From positions 686,351 through 750,350 of the forward strand of contig CAWJFE010000001.1 of the NCBI GenBank assembly GCA_963842125.1: a stretch of 64,000 nucleotides of DNA. The letters are read 5' to 3'. Both the position numbers and the translations under genes were made by a program. The DNA comes from an uncultured Alphaproteobacteria bacterium. GTDB lineage: Bacteria > Pseudomonadota > Alphaproteobacteria > Rhizobiales > CAWCWK01. Below, piece by piece: positions 1 to 9,188 of this stretch (position 1 is its first letter; each line of letters starts with the position of its first letter). The notes under the pieces were generated by a model. The model did no database searches. It had not been told where the DNA came from and saw nothing but the letters and a program-made list of their open reading frames with translations.

Positions 1-1279
1 GACCGGCTCTGGGCCGACCAGGTCACGCCGTCCGAGACCGCTTCGACGGTGATCCGTGGAACACGCGGACTGACGCTCGATACCGACATCGCCAGCCTGC
101 CGGGCGGCGTCGGCAACAATCGGTGGATCCGCTTCGTCAGCCCGAGCGAGGAGAGCGCGCGGGGCTATACCGAGGCGACCTTCCGCTACCGCACGGACGG
201 ACGCAGCGACTATGGCGGGCGCACCGTCGGCGACTTCATCCGCTTCATCAACGACACGGTCCCTGAGCTCGACGCGCGGCTGGAGAGCGGCACGCTCGTC
301 GTCGAAGGCGATGCGCGGGGCCTCTACGTCCATGGCAACACCCAGATGGAAACCGCGCTCGGCATGCCGCGCGGCACTTATTGGGGCGGCGCCATCGAGG
401 CGCCCAAGCGGCTCGTCGGCGCCGTCGCCGGCCTCTCGGCCGGTACCGACGCCGTGGGCAGCACGGGGTTCATCTCCGACGGTCAGGGCGGGCAGGTCCG
501 CTTTCTCTACGGCACCGCGTCCAACCGCGACGGCACGACGCTGGGCGATTTCGTGGCGACCATCAACGAGGCGGAGGCGGCCGGCACGGTCAAGCTGAAG
601 GCCGGCTTTACCGACGAGGGCCGGGTCTATCTCGAGAGCACCGGCGGCACCAACAGTCTGCCCGTCATTCCCGGCTGGCGCCCGATCCGCGTGGCGGGCC
701 TGACCTATAACCGGGTCTGGGGCGCGCCGACCTCCGAGCCCTTCGTCCTGCCCCAGGCCAGCAACGGGATCTCGGCCGAGCAATGGCGCGACTTCGAGGC
801 CATCGGCGACATGGTCTCGCAATATGACAGCCTCCTGCAAGGACGCCCGCTTCGACGGCGCCGATCCCGCCATCGGCGATGCGCGCAGCCTCGTCATCAA
901 CGACCAAGGCACGCGGGCCGGGGTCGGCCGCTCGCCCGGGCTCCTCTCCGAGAGGCTCGACTTCGGCAAGATCGAGATCTGGGATCTCATCGAGCGCGGC
1001 AAGCTCGACGAGACGCTCGATGCGCTCGGCGCCGCGCTCGATACGATCGACGCGGAGGCCGGGCGGTTGACGACCGAGGTCGCGAGCCTTTCCATTCGGT
1101 CGAATTTCAACGCAGGCCTCGCCGGCAGCCTCGTCGACGGCGCCGCCCGCCTCACCCGCGCCGACCCGAACGAGGCCGGCGCCCGTCTCCTCTCCGCCCA
1201 GGCCCGCCAGCAGATGGCGCTGGCCGCCATGACCATCGTCGCCGAAGCCGATCGGGGCATTCTCGCCCTCTTCCGGTAG
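1..1279 (+). CDS. Flagellin-like protein (DUF1522-type internal repeats). The 5' end lies outside the window. Apparent +1 frameshift near 836-842.
   Basis: Frame 1 is open from base 1. The C-terminal part is in frame 2 (ORF 824..1279) and ends LTRADPNEAGARLLSAQARQQMALAAMTIVAEADRGILALFR, a flagellin-type C-terminal helix. Two copies of an internal module are visible (GRTVGDFIRFINDT.. and GTTLGDFVATINEAE..). After QYDSLLQ, frame 1 turns into Arg-rich nonsense. Confidence 0.6.
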
Positions 1280-1413
1280 CGTGGTGCCCGGTAGCTGGCC
1301 TTCCACGTCCCACAGGTCACGCGACACGGTGTCCCGTTCTCCGACGTGCCGCGTTGTCGGCCTACGACTTTAGGCGTATAGCGCGGGCACACGCCTCCCA
1401 CCTTGGTGCCGTC

Positions 1414-2895
1414 ATGCTCGAGGGTTTCGACGCGGTCCTCCTCGCCCGCATCCAGTTCGCCTTCACGGTCTCGTTCCACTTCCTCTTCCCGGCCTTCACG
1501 ATCGGGCTGGCGAGCTATCTGGCCGTTCTCAACGGGCTCTGGCTGTGGCGCCGCGACGAGGTCTATCTGCGGCTCTTCAACTACTGGGTGAAGATCTTCG
1601 CCGTCGCCTTCGCCATGGGCGTCGTGTCGGGCATCGTGATGAGCTACCAGTTCGGCACCAACTGGTCGGTCTTCTCCGACAGGGCCGGCCCCGTCATCGG
1701 CGCGCCGATGGCCTATGAGGTGCTCTCGGCCTTCTTCCTCGAGGCCGGCTTTCTCGGTATCATGCTCTTTGGGCGCGACCGGGTGGGGCCGACGCTCCAC
1801 ATGATCGCCTGCGGCGCCGTCGCCTTCGGCACCGCGCTCTCCGCCTTCTGGATCCTCTCGGTCAATTCGTGGATGCACACGCCGGCGGGCTTCGTGATCG
1901 ATCCCGACACCGGCCAGTTCCTGCCGACCGATTTCTGGAAGGTCGTCTTCAACCCCTCCTTCCCGTACCGCCTGATGCACACCGTGACGGCGGCGTACCT
2001 GACGACCGCCTTCATCGTCGGCGGCGTGGGCGCCTGGCATCTCCTGCGCATGAAGGAGCACGAGAACCGCGCCGCGCGGACCATGTTCTCCATGGCGATG
2101 TGGATGGCCGCCGTCTTCGCACCCGTGCAGATCTTCCTCGGCGACCTTCACGGCCTCAACACGCTGGAGCATCAGCCGGCGAAGGTGATGGCCATGGAGG
2201 GCCATTACGAGAGCCATCTCGACGGCGCGCCGCTCTATCTCTTCGGCATTCCCAACGACGAGACGCAGACGCTCGACTACGCCTTCGGCATCCCGAAACT
2301 CTCCTCGCTCATCCTCAAGCACGACCTCGACGCCCCCCTCGCCGGGCTCGACACGATCGCGGACGACGAACAGCCGCCGGTCTTCATCGTCTTCTGGTCG
2401 TTCCGCATCATGGTTGGCATCGGTTTCGCGATGCTGGGCATCGGCCTCTGGTCGCTCTGGGCCCGCTGGCGCGGCACGCTCCACGAGAACCGCTGGCTCC
2501 ACTGGAGCGCCGTCCTCATGAGCCCTGCCGGCCTCGTCGCCGTGCTGGCCGGCTGGATCACGACCGAGGTCGGCCGTCAGCCCTATACCGTCTACGGCTT
2601 CCTCGCGACGGCCGATTCGGTCGCGCCGCTGGCGGCGCCCGCCGTCGCCGCCTCGCTCATCGCCTTCGTCGTCGTCTATTTCACCGTCTTCGGCGCCGGC
2701 ACGTTCTACATCCTGCGGCTGATGGGCCACGCGCCCCATATCGGCGAGGGCGGCGCGGAGGAGACGGCCGGCGACGGCCCGATCCGCACCGCCGGCCTCA
2801 CGCCCGCCCCTCAGGTCGATCGCCAGAAGGGCGGACGGCGCGGCGTCGACGACGCGCAGGGCCAGGGCGGCCCCCTCGCCGACCCGGCCGAATAG
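1414..2895 (+). CDS. cydA: Cytochrome bd-type (cyanide-insensitive, short Q-loop) ubiquinol oxidase subunit I
   Basis: Internal ATG of the 49..2895 ORF. MLEGFDAVLLARIQFAFTVSFHFLFPAFTIGLASYLAVL..GTNWSVFS..EVLSAFFLEAGFLGIMLFG is the canonical CydA/CioA N-terminus. It is followed directly by cydB. Confidence 0.93.
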   Translation: MLEGFDAVLLARIQFAFTVSFHFLFPAFTIGLASYLAVLNGLWLWRRDEVYLRLFNYWVKIFAVAFAMGVVSGIVMSYQFGTNWSVFSDRAGPVIGAPMAYEVLSAFFLEAGFLGIMLFGRDRVGPTLHMIACGAVAFGTALSAFWILSVNSWMHTPAGFVIDPDTGQFLPTDFWKVVFNPSFPYRLMHTVTAAYLTTAFIVGGVGAWHLLRMKEHENRAARTMFSMAMWMAAVFAPVQIFLGDLHGLNTLEHQPAKVMAMEGHYESHLDGAPLYLFGIPNDETQTLDYAFGIPKLSSLILKHDLDAPLAGLDTIADDEQPPVFIVFWSFRIMVGIGFAMLGIGLWSLWARWRGTLHENRWLHWSAVLMSPAGLVAVLAGWITTEVGRQPYTVYGFLATADSVAPLAAPAVAASLIAFVVVYFTVFGAGTFYILRLMGHAPHIGEGGAEETAGDGPIRTAGLTPAPQVDRQKGGRRGVDDAQGQGGPLADPAE

Positions 2896-2902
2896 GAGAC
2901 GC

Positions 2903-3938
2903 ATGATGGACGTAGCAGCCGGCGTCTCCTTCGACCTCACCGTCGTCTGGGCCTTCCTCATCGCCTTCGCCGTCTTCGCCTACGTGGTGCTGGACGGCTT
3001 CGATCTCGGGCTCGGCATCCTCTTCCCGCTCTTTCCCGAGAAGCGCGACCGGGACGTGATGATGAACTCGGTCGCCCCCGTCTGGGACGGCAACGAGACC
3101 TGGCTGGTGCTGGGCGGCGGCGGGCTCTTCGCCGCCTTCCCCCTCGCCTACGCGCTGGTGCTGCCGGCGCTCTACGCGCCCATTATCGCCATGCTGCTGG
3201 CGCTCATCCTCCGGGGCGTCTCCTTCGAGTTCCGCTGGCGCACCAAGCGCTGGGAATGGGTCTGGGACGTCTGCTTCATCGCCGGCTCGGGGCTGGCCGC
3301 CTTCGCGCAGGGCGTCGCGCTCGGCGGGCTCTTGCAGGGCATCGAGGTCGACAAGGCCGCGCGGGCCTATGCCGGCGGCTGGTGGGACTGGCTCTCGCCC
3401 TTCTCCCTCCTCACCGGCGTCGCCGTCACCGTCGGCTACGCGCTTCTGGGCGCGACCTGGCTCATCATGAAGACGGAAGGACCGCTGCAGGAGCGCGCCC
3501 GCAAGCTCGCCTGGGTCTTCGGCATCGCGACGCTTCTCTTCATCGGAGCCGTCAGCCTCGCCACGCCCTTCCTCTCGGCCGGCTATTTCGACCGCTGGTT
3601 CGCCTGGCCGGGCATCCTCTGGGTCTCGCCGGTGCCGCTCGCCGTCGCGGGCCTGTCCGTACTGATGTTCCTGAGCCTCAGGGTCCACCATCACGAATAC
3701 CGTCCCTTCCTCCTCACCCTCACCCTCTTCGCGGTCTGCTTCATCGGCCTCGGCGTCTCGATGTGGCCCTATGTCATCCCGACCGAGATCACGATCTGGG
3801 AGGCCGCCGCGCCCGCGCAACGCGCAGCTCTTCATGCTCGTCGGCGCCGGCATCCTCATCCCCATCATCCTCGCCTACACCGCCTATGCCTACTGGGTCT
3901 TCCGCGGCAAGATCGACCCCGACGACGGCTATCATTAG
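2903..3938 (+). CDS. cydB: Cytochrome bd-type oxidase subunit II, with an apparent 1-nt insertion near 3812-3824
   Basis: AGGAG lies 5 nt upstream of the ATG. FDLGLGILFP..VAPVWDGNETWLVLGGG is the CydB signature. The conserved C-terminus QLFMLVGAGILIPIILAYTAYAYWVFRGKIDPDDGYH* is in the +1 frame (3825..3938). The track ORF instead reads on through the tandem array to 4087. Confidence 0.85.
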
Positions 3939-4053
3939 TGCCTCGCGCCGGCGGGCTGGAGTGCCTCGCGCCGGCGGGCTGGAGTGCCTCGCGCCGGCGG
4001 GCTGGAGTGCCTCGCGCCGGCGGGCTGGAGTGCCTCGCGCCGGCGGGCTGGAG
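3939..4053. repeat. Tandem array, 5 x 23 bp (TGCCTCGCGCCGGCGGGCTGGAG). Member of the dispersed CTCRCGCCGRCGGGCTG family.
   Basis: Five perfect head-to-tail copies start 1 nt after the cydB stop codon. A partial sixth copy (TGGCTC) follows. Confidence 0.95.
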
Positions 4054-4180
4054 TGGCTCAGACCACCCGGCGTCCTCGAATGCCTGACGCTGAGACCGGG
4101 ATTGTCGACCCGGGACTGCCCAATACCGGAGGGTTGAAGCACCAGGAACCTAAAGGTCGTCGGCCACCTCGCAGCAGCGC

Positions 4181-4203
4181 CCTTCTCCCCTCGTGGGAGA
4201 AGG
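4181..4203. repeat. REP-like hairpin CCTTCTCCC-ctcgt-GGGAGAAGG
   Basis: Perfect 9-bp inverted repeat followed by ..GGCGGATGAGGGG. It has the same architecture as the hairpins at 27880 and 28777. Confidence 0.8.
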
Positions 4204-4352
4204 TACCGGCAGGCGGATGAGGGGGGACGTCTCACCAGCGAAGACGCTTTGCTGACGGAAACGGCATGACGCCTTCGAGCGAAAGCCGCGCTCGCCATGA
4301 ACCACCCTGGCCCTTCAGAACGCCCCCTCGACCCGACCGCCGGAGTACCAGC

Positions 4353-4523
4353 ATGCCGACAACATTGCCCCAGCGCCCTTCACCCCAGCGCCCCTCACCC
4401 CAGCGCGACCCCTCACCCAGCCTCATTCGCCGCCTCCTCTGGTTCGTCGCCATCTGGGCGATGAGCGTCGGCGCGCTCGGCATCGTCGCCTATGCGATCA
4501 AGCTCTGGATCGTGCCGTCCTGA
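4353..4523 (+). CDS. Small membrane protein, DUF2474-like (commonly follows cioAB)
   Basis: The C-terminal LIRRLLWFVAIWAMSVGALGIVAYAIKLWIVPS matches my recollection of DUF2474 peptides. Position is downstream of cydB. The N-terminus carries a 15-nt in-frame duplication (QRPSPQRPSP). The start is uncertain, and the track ORF starts at 4266. Confidence 0.6.
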   Translation: MPTTLPQRPSPQRPSPQRDPSPSLIRRLLWFVAIWAMSVGALGIVAYAIKLWIVPS

Positions 4524-4575
4524 TGCCGCGCACCAGGCCTTCTGCCCGCAGGCGAGACGGGCTAAGGCTCGTGCG

Positions 4576-5469
4576 ATGACAGCACCTCCCCGCTCCCCGC
4601 TTACCAAGCCTCGCGCCGCCCTTCTCGCAGCCGCGCTCCTCGCCCTCACCGCCGCGCCCGCAGACGCGTGCGATCCCTCGGGCACGCTCTGCGCGCTCGG
4701 CGAGCGCAGCTACCGCGTCCTAGCACCGATGGACGATGCCGGCGCCCGCCCGCTCGTCGTCTTCCTCCACGGCGCCTTCGCCTCCTCGAAGGCGATGATC
4801 GACAACCCGGAGCTCGCCCGCATCGCGACAGAGCACGGCGCCATCCTCGCTGCGCCCGATGGCGAGATGACCCGGTTCCGCGAGCGGGCGGTGACGAACT
4901 GGAAAGTGCGCGACGGGCGGGACGGCTTCGAGATCGACGAGGCGTTCCTGCGGGCGGTCGTCGAGGACGTCTCGGCCAGCCATGCGGTCGACCCGGACAG
5001 GATCCTCCTCGCCGGCTTCTCGCGCGGGGCTTCCCTCGTCTGGGACGTCGCCTGCGCGGCGCCCGGTGGTCCGTGGCGCGCCTACGCACCCATCGCCGGC
5101 GGCTTCTGGCATCCGCTGAAGACGGATTGCGCCGGCCCGGTCGACCTTCTCCACACTCATGGCTGGGTCGACAAGACGGTGCCGCTGGAGGGCCGGATGC
5201 TCGGCTCCGGCGCGCGCCGCCAGAGCGACATCTTCGCCGGCCTCGAGGTCTGGCGCGCCGAGAACGGCTGCGACAACCACCGCGCCGACGCCTTCGCCAT
5301 CACGGACGCCTACTGGCGCCGACGCTGGGAGGCGTGCACGTCCGGCCGCGCGCTCGAACTCGCGCTCCATCCCGGCACACACGGAATCCCCGCCGGCTGG
5401 ACGGACATGGCGATGGACTGGTTCGAGGCGCTTCCGGCCCGAGCGGCCGATGGAACCGACGTCGATTGA
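4576..5469 (+). CDS. Secreted alpha/beta-hydrolase (esterase / PHB-depolymerase-like)
   Basis: Signal peptide LLAAALLALTAAPADA. PLVVFLHGAFASS and LLAGFSRGASLVWD are a nucleophile-elbow-like motif. Start taken at the internal ATG 4576. Confidence 0.6.
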   Translation: MTAPPRSPLTKPRAALLAAALLALTAAPADACDPSGTLCALGERSYRVLAPMDDAGARPLVVFLHGAFASSKAMIDNPELARIATEHGAILAAPDGEMTRFRERAVTNWKVRDGRDGFEIDEAFLRAVVEDVSASHAVDPDRILLAGFSRGASLVWDVACAAPGGPWRAYAPIAGGFWHPLKTDCAGPVDLLHTHGWVDKTVPLEGRMLGSGARRQSDIFAGLEVWRAENGCDNHRADAFAITDAYWRRRWEACTSGRALELALHPGTHGIPAGWTDMAMDWFEALPARAADGTDVD

Positions 5470-5478
5470 CCGACGGAC

Positions 5479-5916
5479 TCAGCGCGCCTCCAGGACGAGC
5501 GCGACCAACGCCGCCGTCAGAACGACGGTGACGGCAAGGTTGGCCCTTGCGACCGGGTGGCCCGACCCGAGCGCGACAAGCGTCATCGCCTTGTAGGCGA
5601 TCTGGAGCGGAAAGAGCGTCGCGGCGATCCGGACCGCAAGACCATCGACGGCCAGACCCGCGACCGGCAAGCCATGCGCGACTGGCAAGCCATGCGCGAC
5701 CGGAAAGGCGAGACCGCTCGCATAGGAGGCCAAGGCCACACCGCTCGCCGCCGCGATGGCGAGGTAGACGCAGGCCAGGATGCGCAGCGCCGGTGTGTCG
5801 CCGCCATAGGTCGCCAACAGGCCGGGCGAGCCCTTGAGGATGGCGACACCCACCCCGCCCGCGACCGCGACGTTGACGAGATGGGCGAGAGCGACGAGGA
5901 GCGCGGCAGCCGTCAC
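5479..5916 (-). CDS. Hypothetical integral membrane protein (about 146 aa)
   Basis: The GTG start overlaps the stop of the upstream exonuclease gene (GTGA). The translation is hydrophobic (VTAAALLVALAHLVNVAVAGG..VTVVLTAALVALVLEAR). It contains an 18-nt in-frame duplication (HGLPVAHGLPVA). Confidence 0.5.
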   Translation of the reverse strand: MTAAALLVALAHLVNVAVAGGVGVAILKGSPGLLATYGGDTPALRILACVYLAIAAASGVALASYASGLAFPVAHGLPVAHGLPVAGLAVDGLAVRIAATLFPLQIAYKAMTLVALGSGHPVARANLAVTVVLTAALVALVLEAR

Positions 5917-6983
5917 GCCGCCGCGTCGGCGACATCGGTGACTTCCGGCGCATCGGCGACGGCCTCGCCCTCCCCCTCGTCGCCATAGCCGATCATGTGG
6001 AGCGGGCGCGCGTCGAGGCCGAGACCGGTCGCCCAGTGGACGAGGGCGGCATCCTCGCCATGGGTCACCCAGAGCTCCTCGCATTCGGTCTCGAGGATGG
6101 TGGTGCACAGATCGTCCCAGTCGGCATGGTCGGAGATGATCATGGGCACCTCGACCCCTTTCTGGCGCGCCCGCCCGCGCACCCGCATCCAGCCCGATGC
6201 GAAGGCGACGACGGGCTCGGGAAAGCGCCGGGCCCAGACATCGCCCGTCGCGGCTGGGGGCGCGAGGATGATCTCGCCGGCGAACCGGTCCTTGTCGCCC
6301 CGCTCCTTGGGACCGACGGCCTCCAAGGGCCCGAGCGAGATGCCGTTCCTTTCGTAGAGCGCGCAGAGCTTCACGGCCGCCCCATGAAGGTAGATCGTGC
6401 GCTCGTAGCCGAATTCGCGCAGATGCTTGATCACCCGCTGCGCCTTGCCGAGCGTATAGGCGCCGACGAGATGGGCGCGCTCGGGAAACGTCTTCAGCGA
6501 GGCGAGAAGCTTGGCCACCTCGCCATCGGCGCGCGGATGGCTGAAGACGGGCAGGCCGAACGTCGCCTCGGTGATGAAGGCGTCGCAGCGGATGGGCTCG
6601 AAGGGGGTGCAGGTCGGGTCGATCTGACGCTTGTAGTCGCCGGACGCCACCACGCGCCGGCCACGCGCTTCGAGCACGATCTGCGCCGAGCCGAGGACGT
6701 GGCCGGCCGGCTGGAACGTCACGTCGACATCGCCCACCCGCACCCGCTCGCCGATGACGGCCGTCTGCCGCTCGCGCGTGAAATCCGCGCCATAGCGGGT
6801 GGCCATGATGTCGAGCGTCTCGGCTGTCGCCATGACCGCGCCATGCCCGGCCCGCGCGTGGTCGGCATGGCCATGCGTGACGAGCGCGCGCGGCACCGGC
6901 TGCATCGGGTCGATATAGACGTCGGCCAGCGGCGAATAAAGGCCGGCGGGGCGGGTCTCGAGAATGTCGGAGGTTGCGATCAT
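5913..6983 (-). CDS. MBL-fold, ligase-associated DNA damage response exonuclease homologue
   Basis: LVTHGHADHARAGH (HxHxDH motif), SGDYKRQ, FITEATFG and ISDHADWDDL match the beta-lactamase-fold exonuclease usually paired with an ATP-dependent ligase. Confidence 0.75.
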   Translation of the reverse strand: MIATSDILETRPAGLYSPLADVYIDPMQPVPRALVTHGHADHARAGHGAVMATAETLDIMATRYGADFTRERQTAVIGERVRVGDVDVTFQPAGHVLGSAQIVLEARGRRVVASGDYKRQIDPTCTPFEPIRCDAFITEATFGLPVFSHPRADGEVAKLLASLKTFPERAHLVGAYTLGKAQRVIKHLREFGYERTIYLHGAAVKLCALYERNGISLGPLEAVGPKERGDKDRFAGEIILAPPAATGDVWARRFPEPVVAFASGWMRVRGRARQKGVEVPMIISDHADWDDLCTTILETECEELWVTHGEDAALVHWATGLGLDARPLHMIGYGDEGEGEAVADAPEVTDVADAAA

Positions 6984-7144
6984 GAGGGTGATGTAAGGCG
7001 CTGCGTCGTCCGGCCAAGCGTTGCGCGCGCGATAGTGCGGCCCGCCGAATGGGCTCGCGCCAGTCCGTCATATCGCCTACGCTCGACCTCGATGAAGCGA
7101 TCGTACAGCCCCCTGCCCCCTGCAGCCTTGAACGGAGCCCTTCG

Positions 7145-9112
7145 ATGTCCCTCGCACTCACCCGCCGCCGCTTTCTCGCCAGCACGGCCGCCCTCGCGGC
7201 CACGACGAGCGTGCTTCATCCCTTCTCGGCGCGGGCCGAGGCGGGCCAGGCACATCTGCGGCTGATGGAGACGACGGACCTTCACGTCCACGTCTACCCT
7301 TACGACTATTACGGCGACCGACCCGTCGACGATTTCGGCCTCGCCCGCACGGCGAGCCTGATCGCCGATGTGCGCGCCGAAGCGACCAATGCGCTCCTCC
7401 TCGACAATGGCGACTTCATCCAGGGCAACCCGATGGGCGACTACATGGCCTACGAGAAGGGCCTCGACGCCGGCAACACGCACCCCATGATTGCGGCCAT
7501 GAACGTGCTGGGCTTCGACGCCTCGACGCTCGGCAACCACGAGTTCAACTACGGGCTCGACTATCTCAAGAAAGCGCTCGACGACGCCGACTTCCCCATC
7601 GTCTCGGCCAATGTCGCCAACCTGCCCTTGGGCGCGACGCCGACGGAGGACGACACGCTCGTTCCCCCTTACGTCATCCTCGATCGGGAGATCGTGGACG
7701 GCGCCGGCGAGACGCATGCCATCAAGGTCGGTCTGATCGGCTTCCTGCCACCCCAGATCATGACCTGGGACAAGCGTCACTTGGAAGGCACGGTCGACAC
7801 GCGCGACATCGTCGAGACGGCTAGAGCCTACGTGCCCCAGATGAGGGCCGAGGGCGCCGATCTCGTCATCGCGCTCTCCCATTCGGGCATCGAGGCGCCC
7901 TATACGCCCGGCATGGAGAACGCGTCCCTCTATCTCGGCGAGGTCGAGGGTATCGACGTCATCATGACCGGCCACCACCACCGCCTCTTCCCCGGCGATG
8001 CCTATGCGGACCTCGACGGGGTCGATGCCGAGGTGGGCACGCTCATGGGCAAGCCTGCCGTGATGGCCAATTTCTGGGGCTCCCACATGGGCCTCATCGA
8101 CCTGATGCTGGAGAAGGCGGATGACGGCTGGCAGGTCCTCTCCTTCATGGTCGAGAACCGGCCCATCTTCCGGCGCGAGGACCGCGAGCGGATCCCGCTC
8201 GTCGAGAGCCGGGACGACGTGCTCGCCGCCGCCCGGACCGAGCACGAGGAGACGCTCGACTATGTGCGCCGCTCGGTCGGGCAGACCTCGGCGCCGCTCT
8301 TCAGCTATTTCGCGCAGGTCGCCGACGATCCGAGCGTGCAGATCGTCAGCCAGGCGCAGACCTGGTACATCGCGCAGATGATGGAGGGGACGGAGAACGA
8401 GGGCCTGCCCATCCTCTCCGCCGCCGCACCCTTCAAGGCCGGCGGGCGCGGGGGCCCCGACTACTATACCGACGTGCCGACGGGCGATGTCGCGATCCGA
8501 AACGTCGCCGACCTCTACCTCTATCCGAACACCGTCCGCGCCGTGAAGATCTCAGGCGCCGATGTCCGCGAATGGCTGGAGCGCTCGGCCGGCATGTTCA
8601 ACCGGATCGAGCCCGGCACCGAGGACGCGGCGCTCCTCAACCCCGACTTCCCGTCCTACAATTTCGACGTCATCGACGGGGTGACCTACAAGATCGATCT
8701 CTCCCAGCCGAGCCGCTACGACAACGAGGGTGCCATCGTCGACGAGAGCGCGAGGCGGATCGTCGACCTCGCCTATGAGGGCGCGCCCATCGACGACGCG
8801 CAGGCCTTCATCGTCGCGACCAACAACTACCGCGCCGGCGGCGGCGGCAACTTCCCCGGCATCACCGACGAGGCCGTCGTCTTCATCGGTCCCGATACCA
8901 ATCGCGACGTCATCGTGCGCTACATCGTCGACCAGGGCACGATCAACCCGAGCGCCGACGCCAACTGGTCGTTCGCCCCAATGGACGGCACCAGCGTGAC
9001 CTTCGAGACGGGCCCAAAAGCCGAGGACTATGTCGACAGCGTCAAGGGCGCCTCGGTGGAGCGGGTCGGCGACGCGGCGGACGGGTTCGTGACGTTCCGA
9101 TTGACGCTCTAG
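7145..9112 (+). CDS. cpdB: Bifunctional 2',3'-cyclic-nucleotide 2'-phosphodiesterase / 3'-nucleotidase, Tat-exported
   Basis: Twin-arginine signal LTRRRFLASTAALAA. LRLMETTDLHVHVYPYDYY, NGDFIQGNP, LGNHEFNYG and the 5'-nucleotidase C-terminal domain are present. Confidence 0.9.
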   Translation: MSLALTRRRFLASTAALAATTSVLHPFSARAEAGQAHLRLMETTDLHVHVYPYDYYGDRPVDDFGLARTASLIADVRAEATNALLLDNGDFIQGNPMGDYMAYEKGLDAGNTHPMIAAMNVLGFDASTLGNHEFNYGLDYLKKALDDADFPIVSANVANLPLGATPTEDDTLVPPYVILDREIVDGAGETHAIKVGLIGFLPPQIMTWDKRHLEGTVDTRDIVETARAYVPQMRAEGADLVIALSHSGIEAPYTPGMENASLYLGEVEGIDVIMTGHHHRLFPGDAYADLDGVDAEVGTLMGKPAVMANFWGSHMGLIDLMLEKADDGWQVLSFMVENRPIFRREDRERIPLVESRDDVLAAARTEHEETLDYVRRSVGQTSAPLFSYFAQVADDPSVQIVSQAQTWYIAQMMEGTENEGLPILSAAAPFKAGGRGGPDYYTDVPTGDVAIRNVADLYLYPNTVRAVKISGADVREWLERSAGMFNRIEPGTEDAALLNPDFPSYNFDVIDGVTYKIDLSQPSRYDNEGAIVDESARRIVDLAYEGAPIDDAQAFIVATNNYRAGGGGNFPGITDEAVVFIGPDTNRDVIVRYIVDQGTINPSADANWSFAPMDGTSVTFETGPKAEDYVDSVKGASVERVGDAADGFVTFRLTL

Positions 9113-9188
9113 CGAACGCCCGATGAGGACTCCTGTCCGCAACGCTGCTATCTTTCCGTTACGGAGCAACTGATTCGGGAGGCGGGAC

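Noticed and set aside
49-2895. A 948-aa ORF in the track that looks like one large protein.
   Set aside because: It is a read-through artefact. The first third is the flagellin-like gene before its frameshift. The middle is Arg-rich out-of-frame sequence and intergenic DNA. The last 494 codons are cydA, which has its own ATG at 1414.
3939-4053. Tandem arrays at 3939, 18457, 19837 and 30790 as possible CRISPR arrays.
   Set aside because: The units are directly adjacent with no spacers. The period is only 23-26 bp. No cas genes or leader are present.
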